Source: a virus
Taxonomy: Duplodnaviria; Caudoviricetes
Direction: 5' to 3' (one strand)
Virus record (IMG/VR): IMGVR_UViG_3300037785_000002
Location: 1 to 32,239 of that record
Length of the DNA: 32,239 nt
Part shown: one piece after another, positions 15,369 to 23,261 of the stretch
Position numbering within the stretch: position 1 is the first letter of the stretch
How the letters are laid out: every line of letters starts with the position of its first letter
Notes under the pieces: generated by a model
What the model saw: only the letters and a program-made list of their open reading frames with translations
The model's database searches: none
What the model was told of the DNA's origin: nothing
Translations under genes and position numbers: made by a program

Positions 15369-16733
15369 TTGGCAACCTTTTGGGACAGAGTTTTCAATAG
15401 ACGAGCATTGTCCTTCCAATCCATTTGGGGAGCGGGAGATGACCTCGTCACAATAGGCACTCAGTCGGCGACTATTGTCGACTCAAAGACTGCCCTTCAA
15501 ATAAACGCAGTCTACTCGGCTGTTTCCCTAATCAGCGACACCATCTCATCTCTGCCTGTTGACGCATACGTCCGCAGAGACGGGGCACGCTACCCTTTCC
15601 GACCTGCTCCTGAGTGGGTTTACAAGCCAGACGTAGACACAACCAAAGAAGCCTTCTGGGGTGCTGTAATCGTCTCAATGCTTATCGACGGCAACGCCTA
15701 TGTCCGTGTTTTCTCAAACCCACAGGGCGAGATTGTCAACATGATGGTCTTGAACCCGCTAGAGGTCGAGCCAATCCACAACGGCCTTGGTCAGCTTATG
15801 TTCCGCCACGAGAGCATGGACAGACTTCTCTCAAGCGAAGAAGTTGTCTTTATCCCAGACGTAGTTCGACCTGGTCACGTCAAGGGTGTTGCTCGTGTCG
15901 AGGCACTAAAGGAGAACCTCGGACTCTCACTTGCCCTACAAAACTACGCTGCAAGATTCTTCGGAGCAGGCACTCACACCTCGGGTGTCATCGAGTTCCC
16001 TGGCAACCTCACAGGTGAGCAAGCCAAGGCAATGCAAGAGGCTTTCGACTCTCGTCACCGAGGTTGGCAGAAGGCACACAAGACCGCAATCATTTCGGGC
16101 GGTGCTAAGTATGTCCCGACCACAGTCGACAACGACAAGGCTCAATTCATCGAGGCACGCAAGTTTGCAGTCGAAGAAATAGCTCGTGCGTTCCGAGTGC
16201 CACCTTCAATGCTTGCTGTCGAGGGTAGCTACACCTATTCCTCGGTTGAGCAACAGAACCTAGCTTTTGTGACACACTGCTTGCGTCCAATCATCCAGAA
16301 GCTTGAGTCAGCGTTCTCTCCGCTTATGTCACGCACGCAGGGTGGCGAAAACGCCTTCATCAAGTTCAACATCGACGGACTCCTAAGAGCAGACATCGAG
16401 AACCGTATGAACGCCTACTCGACAGGACTTCAGAGCGGATTCTTGACCGTCAACGATGTTCGCAGGCTTGAGGACCTCCGTCCAATCGACGACCCATCAG
16501 CTGACTTGCCTCGAGTCCCACTTGCGAACCTAAACATCGACGCTGCCGACTTGGTAGCAACCGACAAGCGGGTCTCTATGGCCTCCAAGCTCGTTCTGGC
16601 AGGCTACGACCCAGCCGAGGTGCTAAGTGCTATGGGCTTGCCTGAAATGTCTCACACGGGCGTTCCAAGCGTTCAGCTTCAGGGGCTACAAAATCTCAAT
16701 CCCGAGGACCCAACGAGCGAATACGAGGTCTAA
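15369..16733 (+). CDS. portal protein, HK97 family
   Basis: AVYSAVSLISDTISSLP, GNAY, FIEARKF..EEIARAFRVP, LT.NDVRRLEDL.P; C-terminal extension. Confidence 0.95.
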   Translation: MATFWDRVFNRRALSFQSIWGAGDDLVTIGTQSATIVDSKTALQINAVYSAVSLISDTISSLPVDAYVRRDGARYPFRPAPEWVYKPDVDTTKEAFWGAVIVSMLIDGNAYVRVFSNPQGEIVNMMVLNPLEVEPIHNGLGQLMFRHESMDRLLSSEEVVFIPDVVRPGHVKGVARVEALKENLGLSLALQNYAARFFGAGTHTSGVIEFPGNLTGEQAKAMQEAFDSRHRGWQKAHKTAIISGGAKYVPTTVDNDKAQFIEARKFAVEEIARAFRVPPSMLAVEGSYTYSSVEQQNLAFVTHCLRPIIQKLESAFSPLMSRTQGGENAFIKFNIDGLLRADIENRMNAYSTGLQSGFLTVNDVRRLEDLRPIDDPSADLPRVPLANLNIDAADLVATDKRVSMASKLVLAGYDPAEVLSAMGLPEMSHTGVPSVQLQGLQNLNPEDPTSEYEV

Positions 16734-17000
16734 ATGGCTATCACTAACGGACAGCAGACAGTCGGGACTGCGGTAACGCAGGTTGACGGTCTTAGCACAT
16801 TTCAGTCGCACTTGGTCATTCACAACAACGACACGACTAAGGACTTGTTGCTAGGTGGTCCTGACATGACCGCAGCGAATGGCGTGCCACTAGCTAAGTT
16901 GCAATACATACAGCTAGACATTCCACCGCTAGAAGCGGTTTATTTGATGGCAAGCTCAGGAACGGTTAGCGTTTCTTGGATGAGGATTACTCAGGACTAA
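16734..17000 (+). CDS. small beta-rich virion-associated protein
   Basis: 88 aa ORF between portal and protease. Confidence 0.65.
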   Translation: MAITNGQQTVGTAVTQVDGLSTFQSHLVIHNNDTTKDLLLGGPDMTAANGVPLAKLQYIQLDIPPLEAVYLMASSGTVSVSWMRITQD

Positions 17001-18742
17001 TGCCGTATTTTGTAACTGCACGAGGCGAGCACCCTGATTGCTCGGGTTACGCCGTAGTGAAAGACGACTTCGAGTTGATGGGTTGCCATAGCTCAAGACA
17101 AGACGCAATCGACCAGATGGTTGCAATTTCAATCTCAGAAGGGATAGAGCCAGGTGGCACTTATACCAGACAGCTCGGGGATTCCGAAAACAGAGAACTC
17201 CCAGACAATTACCGACCTGCCCTCTCAGAAGATGTCCCAGAAGGACGAGCCTGCGGTAACTGCTACTTCTACGACGAAAGCCGAGTCAACGACGCAGGAG
17301 ACAAAGCTTGGTGTGAGCGATGGGACGACTTCGTCGAAGGGGACCACTACTGCAACGCATGGCAAGCAAACCAAGAAGACAGGGCAGAAGCGGGCGAACT
17401 CGAAGTAGGAGACTTCGTGCGATGGAACTCTAGCGGTGGCATTGCAAGAGGTCGCATTGAACGCATCATCACCGAAGGCACGCTGAATGTTCCCGATTCA
17501 GATTTCACCCTCAACGCAACTGAGGACAACCCAGCAGCACTCATTCGAATCTACCAAGAGGGCGAAGATGGCTGGGAAGAAACAGACACGCTAGTCGGTC
17601 ACAGATTTAGGACTCTGACAAAGATAGACAACCTACGCAGTATCGAATACAGACAGGTCAACCTAACCCCACCAGCCTACATGCGAGCAGCAGCTCGAAG
17701 GGGCCTCCAATACTACGAAGAGGGTAAGGGTGGCGATGGATTGGTTGAGAGAACAATTCGGGAAGCTCGTGCGATGGCGAGGGGTTCTGTCTCTGCTGAC
17801 AAATGGGTTAGGTTGCGGGCTTGGATTGCTCGTCACCTTTCTGATTTGGACAGTCCCTCCGCCAATCCTGATTCAGACGATTATCCTAGTGCTGGTGTAG
17901 TCGCTCACCTCTTGTGGGGTAGCGGACCATCTAAGGCAGCAGCTCGCCGTGCATTGGCGTATGCCGAAGGTGTTGTGGATAGAATAGAAGCAGAGAACGA
18001 AGGACGAGCGAAAGGCGAAGCATTGTCCAAGATGGAAACCCGAGTCACGCCTATTGACTTTGAGGTGCGTGAAGAATCCGACGGGATGCACCTAACGGGC
18101 TACGCAGCAAGGTTCAACGAGCCTTCCGAGCCACTACCGTTTACCGAGCGAATTGCACCTGGGGCGTTTAAGCGTTCACTCAGGTCACGCAACGACATCA
18201 AGCTGCTGTGGAATCACGACTCCTCAAAGGTGCTTGGTTCTACTCGTGCTGGCACTCTAAGTCTTAGCGAGGACGAGCAAGGTCTTAGGGTCGACGCTAT
18301 CCTGCCTCAAAACTCCTGGGGAAATGATGCTCGTGTAAGCATCCAGCGTGGCGATGTCACAGGCTTCAGTTTTGGATTCACCGTTCCGAAGGGTGGCGAC
18401 ACTTGGAATGAGGACGGAACCGAAAGGACTCTGAAGTCAGTCAGACTGATGGAGGTCTCGACAGGCGTAGCGTTCCCTGCTTACCCAACGACCAACGGAA
18501 CCGCTCAGGTCCGAGGACTAGACAAGATTGCAAAGCGAGCCGAGGTCGACGCTGACGCTCTGGCTGACGCTGTATTAAAACTTGAGGAGGGTGAAGAAAT
18601 CACCGCCGAGGAAAAGGACATTCTCAGCCGTGTCATTTCAGAACTAGCTCCGCAAGACGCTCCCGTAGAGGAGCCACAGGGCGACCTAGCAATGCTCGCA
18701 CTCAAGAAGAAGAAGCTAGAGCTTCTGATGAAAGGGCTATAA
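17000..18742 (+). CDS. multi-domain HK97-family prohead protease
   Basis: Probable start ATG 17000 (TAATG). C-terminal protease motifs GYAARFN, ERIAPGAF, LWNHD, GFSFGF and LMEVS...FPAY, after an ~350-aa N-terminal extension. Confidence 0.9.
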   Translation: MPYFVTARGEHPDCSGYAVVKDDFELMGCHSSRQDAIDQMVAISISEGIEPGGTYTRQLGDSENRELPDNYRPALSEDVPEGRACGNCYFYDESRVNDAGDKAWCERWDDFVEGDHYCNAWQANQEDRAEAGELEVGDFVRWNSSGGIARGRIERIITEGTLNVPDSDFTLNATEDNPAALIRIYQEGEDGWEETDTLVGHRFRTLTKIDNLRSIEYRQVNLTPPAYMRAAARRGLQYYEEGKGGDGLVERTIREARAMARGSVSADKWVRLRAWIARHLSDLDSPSANPDSDDYPSAGVVAHLLWGSGPSKAAARRALAYAEGVVDRIEAENEGRAKGEALSKMETRVTPIDFEVREESDGMHLTGYAARFNEPSEPLPFTERIAPGAFKRSLRSRNDIKLLWNHDSSKVLGSTRAGTLSLSEDEQGLRVDAILPQNSWGNDARVSIQRGDVTGFSFGFTVPKGGDTWNEDGTERTLKSVRLMEVSTGVAFPAYPTTNGTAQVRGLDKIAKRAEVDADALADAVLKLEEGEEITAEEKDILSRVISELAPQDAPVEEPQGDLAMLALKKKKLELLMKGL

Positions 18743-18979
18743 ATGGCTAACAAAGACGAAATCAAAAAGGTCATTCTGGATGTTGCAGGCAACCCTGAGT
18801 CGGGTGTTGTTCGTGACTATGCAGACAAGTGGGCAGAAGCTATTGCCTCACTAATGACAGGAACCCCTTACAAGGTCAACGCCAAGGACGGCGACGGTGA
18901 CGGTAAGGTGCAAGACGGCACTCCACACGAGAGGCCAGTAAAAGAGACCCGTGTAACCAAGCCGACTGAAACTAGGTAG
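18743..18979 (+). CDS. small protein with DxDxDG calcium-binding-like loop
   Basis: AKDGDGDGKVQDGTPHER. Confidence 0.7.
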   Translation: MANKDEIKKVILDVAGNPESGVVRDYADKWAEAIASLMTGTPYKVNAKDGDGDGKVQDGTPHERPVKETRVTKPTETR

Positions 18980-19000
18980 TCGCCAAGCATCAGGCTCTCT

Positions 19001-19040
19001 CCCCCTCGGTTCTAACTTTCTGCCGAGGGGGTTCTCTTTT
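19001..19040 (+). terminator. intrinsic terminator after the protease operon
   Basis: CCCCCTCGG...CCGAGGGGG stem followed by TTCTCTTTT. Confidence 0.8.
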
Positions 19041-19044
19041 CTGC

Positions 19045-19135
19045 TAAAAATTTTTTTATTTTTTTGTTGCGTGTTGTTGCATTTTGTTGCGAAGTGTGCA
19101 ATACTGGTCTCACCAACAAGGAAAGGAAGCACCAA
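19045..19135 (+). promoter_or_regulatory. conserved strong promoter P3 with CAACAAGG leader
   Basis: A/T tracts, TTGCAT(19077)-17-AATACT(19100-19105), then CCAACAAGGAAAGGAAG. Confidence 0.75.
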
Positions 19136-19516
19136 ATGAACATCAACGAAATGACTTACGCAGAAATCGTAAACCAGCTACACAACCTAGACGCACTTAT
19201 CCGCAGACTAGAGCGTGAAACTGGAGCCGACTGGAGACTAAGCAACAGCGACCGCCAGAAGGCAATGACAAACGCAGTTTCAAGTCGCATTAGTGAATTG
19301 AACAAAGCAATCAACTACAACTACTACGAGTGGGAGTGGGCACCTCAGCGCATCAACGAACTAGACGACATTGAATTTGTAAAGGCTTGCGCTCACTATC
19401 AGTCACCAGAAGAAATTGCCGAAGCACAGGCAGAACACCGCTACGAATTGTTAGCCGCTTTTGGTGCTGGCGAAACAGTCGTAAACATTCTGACTGGCGA
19501 AAAGACTTATCTATAA
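19136..19516 (+). CDS. hypothetical protein (moron gene 1)
   Basis: ATG 19136 after AAGGAAAGG; 126 aa ending AAFGAGETVVNILTGEKTYL. Confidence 0.75.
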   Translation: MNINEMTYAEIVNQLHNLDALIRRLERETGADWRLSNSDRQKAMTNAVSSRISELNKAINYNYYEWEWAPQRINELDDIEFVKACAHYQSPEEIAEAQAEHRYELLAAFGAGETVVNILTGEKTYL

Positions 19517-19569
19517 ACGAAGGCAAAGGGTGGGGGCATAAGTCCCCACCCGACAAGAAAGGAAAGAAA

Positions 19570-19848
19570 ATGACAACAACCAAAATTGCAACTGGCAGAG
19601 AGGCGTTTGCCGAAATCGCTAAAGAGCTTGCTGACCGCAAGGGCACATTGCTTACAGCATCAGAGCAACGAGAGATGATTCTCAGGGGCATCGAAGCCAA
19701 GATTGACGAGACCCTAGAAAACGCAAACCACCACAGAGCTATGGGCAACCTTAGACAATGGGCAAACTACCTGTCGGTTGCAGCTCGATGGGCAGACAAG
19801 CTGGTAGAGGCAAACATCGAAATCAACAAGGAAAAGGCAGGCTTCTAA
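19570..19848 (+). CDS. hypothetical helical protein (moron gene 2)
   Basis: ATG 19570 after AAGGAAAG; preceded by hairpin GGGTGGGG-7-CCCCACCC. Confidence 0.75.
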   Translation: MTTTKIATGREAFAEIAKELADRKGTLLTASEQREMILRGIEAKIDETLENANHHRAMGNLRQWANYLSVAARWADKLVEANIEINKEKAGF

Positions 19849-19860
19849 ACTTCAAAGACC

Positions 19861-19900
19861 AACCCCGTCATCGTCCCTCTCGGTGGCGGGGTTCTCTTTT
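19861..19900 (+). terminator. intrinsic terminator closing the moron
   Basis: AACCCCGTCATCG...CGGTGGCGGGGTT followed by CTCTTTT. Confidence 0.8.
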
Positions 19901-20039
19901 GTCTAGGACCCCTTGACAATTTTTGTCTAGTCCCCCTTGTTATAGAATGTAAGTATCGGAAGTGAGTTAGCTCTGCCGTGTTCAGTTGAGTGTCAACACC
20001 GCTGGTATCCAATGTAAATAACTAACTAGGAGACTATTC

Positions 20040-21206
20040 ATGTCTGAGTTCATCAAGAGCCAGACGGAGGTCCGCAACAACCTGATTATGCAGGTTCGTG
20101 AGGTCATCGACTCAGCTGAGGCTGAGAGCCGAGGCTTGGACTCCGCAGAGCTTGAGAAGATTGACAGGATTGAAGCCGACATCCGTAAGGTTGAGGAGTC
20201 AATTACTGTCGCTGAAAGGGCAGAGGAGCGTCGTGTTGAGGCTTCCGCTGCTGCAAAGGGATTCGTCCCAACCGTAACTGAGGAGCGTTCTACTGCGGAC
20301 ATCCTCCGTGCAATTGCTCAGGGAGAGCAGCGTGACTTCACTTTCGAGCGTCGTGCAGCTCTAACCCCTTCGACTAACACCGTTCCAAAGTCATTCTTTG
20401 ACGAGGTATTCGATGTTGCTCGCCTAACCTTTCCACTTGACGAGTTCGGTGTAATCAACACGACCTCTGGTGAGGACCTAACCATCCCAACCCTGACTGC
20501 TTACTCCGCTGCTGGCCTAGTTGCTGCTGGTGGAACTGTTGCTGCTTCCGAGCCAACATACTCAAGCATCACTCTGGGAAGCTACAAGTATGGCATGCTC
20601 ATCCAGGCGGCTTCGGAGCTGGTCACGGACTCTGGGTTCGACCTGGCTTCACACCTCGCAAGCGAGGCTGGAAACGGAATTGCTTACGCACTCGGCTCGG
20701 CTGTAACGCTGGCTGACGGCTCAAGCAAGCCACAGGGCGTTGTGCCTGCTGCTGGTTCTGGTATCACTGGTGGAACTGGTGTCTCTGGTGCGTTCACCGC
20801 AGACAACCTCATCGACCTCGCTTACAGCGTTGACGGTGCAGTTCGTCGTCTGAACCCTGTCTACATGGCTAACGGTGCAACCATCGGTGCAATGCGTAAG
20901 CTCAAGGACGGTGCAGGTAACTACCTCTACCAAATCGGTCAGTTCGGTCCTGCTGGTGCAGACACCTTTGCTGGCTTCCGTGTAGTGGAGAACCCACACA
21001 TGGCTGACATCGCCACCTCTGCGAAATCAGTTGTCTTTGGCGATTTGAAGTCACATAAGGTTCGTATTGCTGGTGGTCTACAGGTGGCTTCATCTGCTGA
21101 CTACGCCTTCAACACCGACCTGATGACCTGGAGATTCCTATTCAGAATCGATAGCGATTTGACTCACTCCAGCCACATCAAATACTTCGCAGGAGCAGCA
21201 AGCTAG
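20040..21206 (+). CDS. major capsid protein, HK97 fold with N-terminal delta (scaffold) domain
   Basis: Coiled-coil N-terminus, then TVP..F..EVF, ITL..YKYG...S.EL..DS.FDL, G...PQG, RKLKD..G.YL, VFGD. RBS AGGAG. Confidence 0.95.
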   Translation: MSEFIKSQTEVRNNLIMQVREVIDSAEAESRGLDSAELEKIDRIEADIRKVEESITVAERAEERRVEASAAAKGFVPTVTEERSTADILRAIAQGEQRDFTFERRAALTPSTNTVPKSFFDEVFDVARLTFPLDEFGVINTTSGEDLTIPTLTAYSAAGLVAAGGTVAASEPTYSSITLGSYKYGMLIQAASELVTDSGFDLASHLASEAGNGIAYALGSAVTLADGSSKPQGVVPAAGSGITGGTGVSGAFTADNLIDLAYSVDGAVRRLNPVYMANGATIGAMRKLKDGAGNYLYQIGQFGPAGADTFAGFRVVENPHMADIATSAKSVVFGDLKSHKVRIAGGLQVASSADYAFNTDLMTWRFLFRIDSDLTHSSHIKYFAGAAS

Positions 21207-21222
21207 CTCTAGCGAAATAAGC

Positions 21223-21263
21223 GAAACCCCTCGGGCTTGTAGGTTGGCTCGGGGGGTTTCTTT
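21223..21263 (+). terminator. intrinsic terminator after capsid gene
   Basis: GAAACCCCTCGGGC...GCTCGGGGGGTTTC-TTT. Confidence 0.8.
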
Positions 21264-21278
21264 ATGCTACGATTTTCC

Positions 21279-21410
21279 AGAAGGCATCAGACTCTTTCCT
21301 AATTGTCGGCCTTTAGAAAAGGACAAGGTGGCCTCCTCGTTGTGGCTCTCATTTGGTTCATTTTCTTTCCTTGTTGGGGAACCCCTGTCAGAAATGGCAG
21401 GGGTTTCTTG
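21279..21410 (+). ncRNA. putative small RNA antisense to translation-initiation regions
   Basis: Extended -10 TGcTACGAT (21265-21273); terminator AACCCCTGTCA-GAAA-TGGCAGGGGTT-TCTT (21380-21409); no credible RBS-led plus-strand ORF; 12-15 nt perfect complementarity to phage RBS/start regions. Confidence 0.55.
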
Positions 21411-21423
21411 TTAGAGTAGAACT

Positions 21424-22614
21424 ATGTCAACCTACGAAAAGATAAAGGGCGTTGTCTCATTGGCAACGAATACACCAGGCGTTCCAACTGGCTATGGAGT
21501 GCAGGCGAAGATGCTCGCCGACAGGCTCAAGCGTCACGGCATCGACGTAGCAGCACTCTCAAACTATGGACTCGAAGGTCGCATCGACACCCTCAAGACC
21601 AAGTTCGGCAACATACCTCACTACCCTCGTGGAGTCACCCCGTATTCAGGCGATGTTCTCAAGCTCTACCATGAGGACCATCTCAAGGGTCGTGACATCT
21701 CCAACGCAATCCTCACGCTGTATGACGTCTGGGTATTCTTAGAGAACCGAGACCTTGACGACCTCAACATCTGGTCATGGGTTCCAATCGACCATGTCAC
21801 CATGCCACCCAAGGTTGAGATGTGGTGCAAGAAGGAAAATGTAACCCCAATCGCTATGAGCGAGTTCGGACTAGAACAGCTCAAGAAGGCAAACATCGAC
21901 GCACACTTCATCCCTCACGCCGTCGACACAAATGCTTACAGACCAACACACAACATCAACGGGCAACCAATACGGGATTACTACGGGGTCAAAGATGACG
22001 ATTTCTTAGTCGGCATGGTTTCAGCTAACAAGGCAAACGGACAGATTCACCGTAAGGCTTTCGCCGAGAACATCCTTGCCTTCTCGCTGTTCAAAAAGAA
22101 TCACCCGAACGCCTACCTCTACATTCACAGCGACCCGTCAAAGGTCTACGGAGGATTCGGGCTACTCAATCTCATCAAGGCTGTCGGATTAGATAAGGAC
22201 GACGTGCTATTCCCTGACCCTCATCAGTATCGAATGGGTCACTCAGACCGAGAGATGGCTGCTCTTTATACAGGCATGGATGTCCTGCTACACACCTCCT
22301 ACGGAGAAGGTTTTGGCGTGCCGTCAATCGAGGCTCAGGCTTGTGGCGTTCCCGTTATTGCGTCCTCATGGACAGCTTCGCTTGAACTAGCAGGACCAGA
22401 TTCATTCCTAGTCGAAGGACAACCCTTCTGGGACGAGGCTCAACTGTCTTGGTGGCAGATACCTAGCGTGCCCTCAATCGTAAGTGCTCTTGAGAAGGCA
22501 TACGAGGGCCGTGAGCGGAACTTTAGCGAGACCATAGCCTTTGCCAAGTCATTCGACGTTGAAGCCGTCTGGGACGCATACTGGCTGCCGTTCCTGAAAG
22601 AGAAGCTCAAGTGA
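21424..22614 (+). CDS. glycosyltransferase, GT-B fold (GT4-like)
   Basis: TGYGVQ, IPHAVDT..Y.P, RKAF, LY...DVLL.TS.GEGFGVP.IEAQACGVPVI. Confidence 0.92.
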   Translation: MSTYEKIKGVVSLATNTPGVPTGYGVQAKMLADRLKRHGIDVAALSNYGLEGRIDTLKTKFGNIPHYPRGVTPYSGDVLKLYHEDHLKGRDISNAILTLYDVWVFLENRDLDDLNIWSWVPIDHVTMPPKVEMWCKKENVTPIAMSEFGLEQLKKANIDAHFIPHAVDTNAYRPTHNINGQPIRDYYGVKDDDFLVGMVSANKANGQIHRKAFAENILAFSLFKKNHPNAYLYIHSDPSKVYGGFGLLNLIKAVGLDKDDVLFPDPHQYRMGHSDREMAALYTGMDVLLHTSYGEGFGVPSIEAQACGVPVIASSWTASLELAGPDSFLVEGQPFWDEAQLSWWQIPSVPSIVSALEKAYEGRERNFSETIAFAKSFDVEAVWDAYWLPFLKEKLK

Positions 22615-23261
22615 TTCCCGTCCTCGGGTTTGCCACGCTGTCAAAGTTTGAGATGGCCCAGAGGCTCTTAGACTCAATCGACTACCCAGTCGAGAATCTG
22701 GTCATTGTGGACAACTCTGGCAAGCGTGAGTTTGAGCCAGTCGTGGAAACCGACCTAGTCAAGAACACATGGATAATCCAAGTCCCTCATGGGCTAGGAG
22801 CTAACGGTGCTTGGAATCTGATTATTAAATCAACCCCGCACGCTCCCTATTGGGTTCTGCCAAATGACGACTCTTGGTTTGCACCTGGGGCATTGCAGGC
22901 AATCGCTGAGGAAGTCGACACCGAGGCGTTCAACTTCGTAGACATTCACCCTCGCTGGTCATGCGTAATCCCGACAGAAGGCAGCGTCAGGAAAGCGGGT
23001 CTTTGGGACGAGGCGTTCCACCCCATCTACTTCGACGATGACGATTACGAGTGGCGTATGCGAGAACTTGGCGTTCGCTTTCACGACATCCCAGCAAAGG
23101 TTCATCACGACAACTCCTCGACTCTCAAGTCGGGCTACGAGGACAAGAACACCTTTACCTTTAGACGCAACCAAAGCTTGCTAGTCAACAAGCGTGCAGG
23201 CAAGAATTTCGGCACTATTGGCTGGTCACTTGACATTAGGCGAGTCAACTCATGGGACTAA
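22611..23261 (+). CDS. glycosyltransferase, GT-A fold (GT2-like)
   Basis: LVIVDNS, G.NGAWN, NDD (DxD-like), GLWDE.F.PIYFDDDDY..R, HHDNSST. Confidence 0.88.
   Translation: MIPVLGFATLSKFEMAQRLLDSIDYPVENLVIVDNSGKREFEPVVETDLVKNTWIIQVPHGLGANGAWNLIIKSTPHAPYWVLPNDDSWFAPGALQAIAEEVDTEAFNFVDIHPRWSCVIPTEGSVRKAGLWDEAFHPIYFDDDDYEWRMRELGVRFHDIPAKVHHDNSSTLKSGYEDKNTFTFRRNQSLLVNKRAGKNFGTIGWSLDIRRVNSWD

Noticed and set aside
21237-21246. Capsid terminator loop TTGTAGGTTG complementary to CAACCTACAA near the tail chaperone start
   Set aside because: A single 10-nt match in 32 kb is weak evidence without conservation data.
21270-21300. Reverse reading ATG CCT TCT GGA AAA (MPSGK) resembles the start of actinobacterial cold-shock proteins, a possible host target
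   Set aside because: Only five codons, host sequence unavailable, and part of the match lies upstream of the predicted TSS.
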